Translations under genes and position numbers: made by a program
Source of the DNA: a virus
Lineage: Duplodnaviria; Caudoviricetes
DNA: 64,000 nucleotides
Reading direction: 5' to 3' (one strand)
Virus record (IMG/VR): IMGVR_UViG_3300005614_001084
Location: 108,311 to 172,310 of that record
In this document: positions 63,088-64,000 of the stretch, one piece after another
Layout: every line of letters begins with the position of its first letter
Numbering within the stretch: position 1 is the stretch's first letter
Notes under the pieces: generated by a model
Database searches by the model: none
Told to the model about the DNA's origin: nothing
The model's input: only the letters and a program-made list of their open reading frames with translations

Positions 63088-64000
63088 TCCTGCGGGATGT
63101 AGTTCGCCGCCTTGAGCATCTCGATCGCCTCGGCGGCGACCTCCTCGTCCGTGAAGGTCTCCTCGGCCGCCGCGGCGACCTTCGGCTGACCCGTCGCCGG
63201 ATCGAAGCCCATCTCCTCGACGATCTCCTGCGCGATCTTCAGCGCCGCTTCCTTCTTGCGCGACATCGCCGCGCCCGTGGCCGCCGCGCCCGCCGCCGCG
63301 CCACCCGCACCGGCCGCGTAGTGGCCCTTGTGCTTCGCGCCGTGCTCCTTGACCGCCGCGACGAGGTGCTTGCCCTTGTCGGCCGCCGCACCCATGTGCT
63401 TCTTGACCATGTCCTTGGCCACGCCGAGCGCCGCCTTGCCGTGGCCGGCGATCTCGGAAGCCGCGGAAGCCTCCTTCTTGGCCTCCTCTTCCTTCTTCGC
63501 CTTTGCCTTCTCCTCGTCCTCGCGCTTCTTCGACTCCTCGTCCTCGGCGCGCTTGATGCGCGCGAGGAAGCCGTCCGCGATCCGCTCGCCGTGCTCGAAC
63601 GCCGCCTTGTCGGCCGCGATCTTCTCCGCCTCCTGCGCCGCGGCGACCTTCGCCGCCTCGGTGGCCGACGCGTAGTTCGGATCCGCCATGCGGTCCGCCA
63701 GCTCGTTGAAGCTGGCCACGTAGTCGGCCTCCGAGATCTTCGTGAGGTCGATGTTCTTCGCCGCTGCGATCTTGGTCAGCTCGATGCCGACCTCGGCGTA
63801 CGAAACGGTCTTGGGCTCGGTCTGCTGGCTCATGGCGGATGCTTCCTTCCGGGTCTCGTTGGTGGGGGTCTGCTGGGTCTGCTGGGTCTGCTGGGATGCG
63901 GTCTTCGGCGGCATGAGATCCGCCATCAGCTCCGCGATCTGAGCATCGCTGAGGGATCCGAGGTCGACATTGACCTCCTCCGCCAGCTTCGTGAGGACGA
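63084..64000 (-). CDS. K-x-A head/internal protein (5' truncated)
   Basis: Frame open to window end; internal repeat LTKLAEEVNVDLGSLSD / LTKIAAAKNIDLTKISE. Confidence 0.7.
   Translation of the reverse strand, partial: VLTKLAEEVNVDLGSLSDAQIAELMADLMPPKTASQQTQQTQQTPTNETRKEASAMSQQTEPKTVSYAEVGIELTKIAAAKNIDLTKISEADYVASFNELADRMADPNYASATEAAKVAAAQEAEKIAADKAAFEHGERIADGFLARIKRAEDEESKKREDEEKAKAKKEEEAKKEASAASEIAGHGKAALGVAKDMVKKHMGAAADKGKHLVAAVKEHGAKHKGHYAAGAGGAAAGAAATGAAMSRKKEAALKIAQEIVEEMGFDPATGQPKVAAAAEETFTDEEVAAEAIEMLKAANYIPQE

Noticed and set aside
63866-63896. 9-bp tandem repeat encoding QQT
   Set aside because: Ordinary low-complexity linker, only about three copies.
1-64000. CRISPR array, integrase, transposase, reverse transcriptase or intein
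   Set aside because: No regularly spaced repeats or diagnostic motifs seen by eye.
1-64000. Stop-codon reassignment
   Set aside because: Recognisable genes are full length under the standard code; both TGA and TAG end well-supported genes (e.g. lig, ndk).

Overview
A 64-kb, high-GC segment of a large contractile-tailed (myovirus-like, probably jumbo) bacteriophage. A DAG-repeat/RCC1-like lipoprotein suggests a myxobacterial host (inference). Positions 1-43.4 kb hold densely packed early/middle genes: ATP-dependent DNA ligase, HD-domain (p)ppGpp hydrolase-like protein, RNase HII, two DEDDh exonucleases, MazG-like, SLOG proteins, split RecD2, ThyX, dCTP deaminase, NDK, two putative peptidoglycan hydrolases and many small unknowns. 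Many of these are preceded by a recurring CTAT(A/C)AG promoter-like motif. Positions 43.4-64 kb are a minus-strand virion module: fibre/SGNH proteins, tail tube, tail sheath, neck proteins, major capsid, decoration protein and many K-x-A-motif head proteins. Most notable: (1) a ~1-kb ncRNA locus with a tmRNA (tag ANDSSYAQARAA), an abutting 177-nt tRNA-like RNA with two T-loops, and other structured segments; (2) a complete -1 frameshift signal joining a head protein to a papain-like amidase; (3) K-x-A-punctuated head proteins carrying enzyme-like modules; (4) a divergent promoter segment bounded by 25-bp inverted repeats that include both start codons. All calls come from reading motifs by eye; no database search was run.
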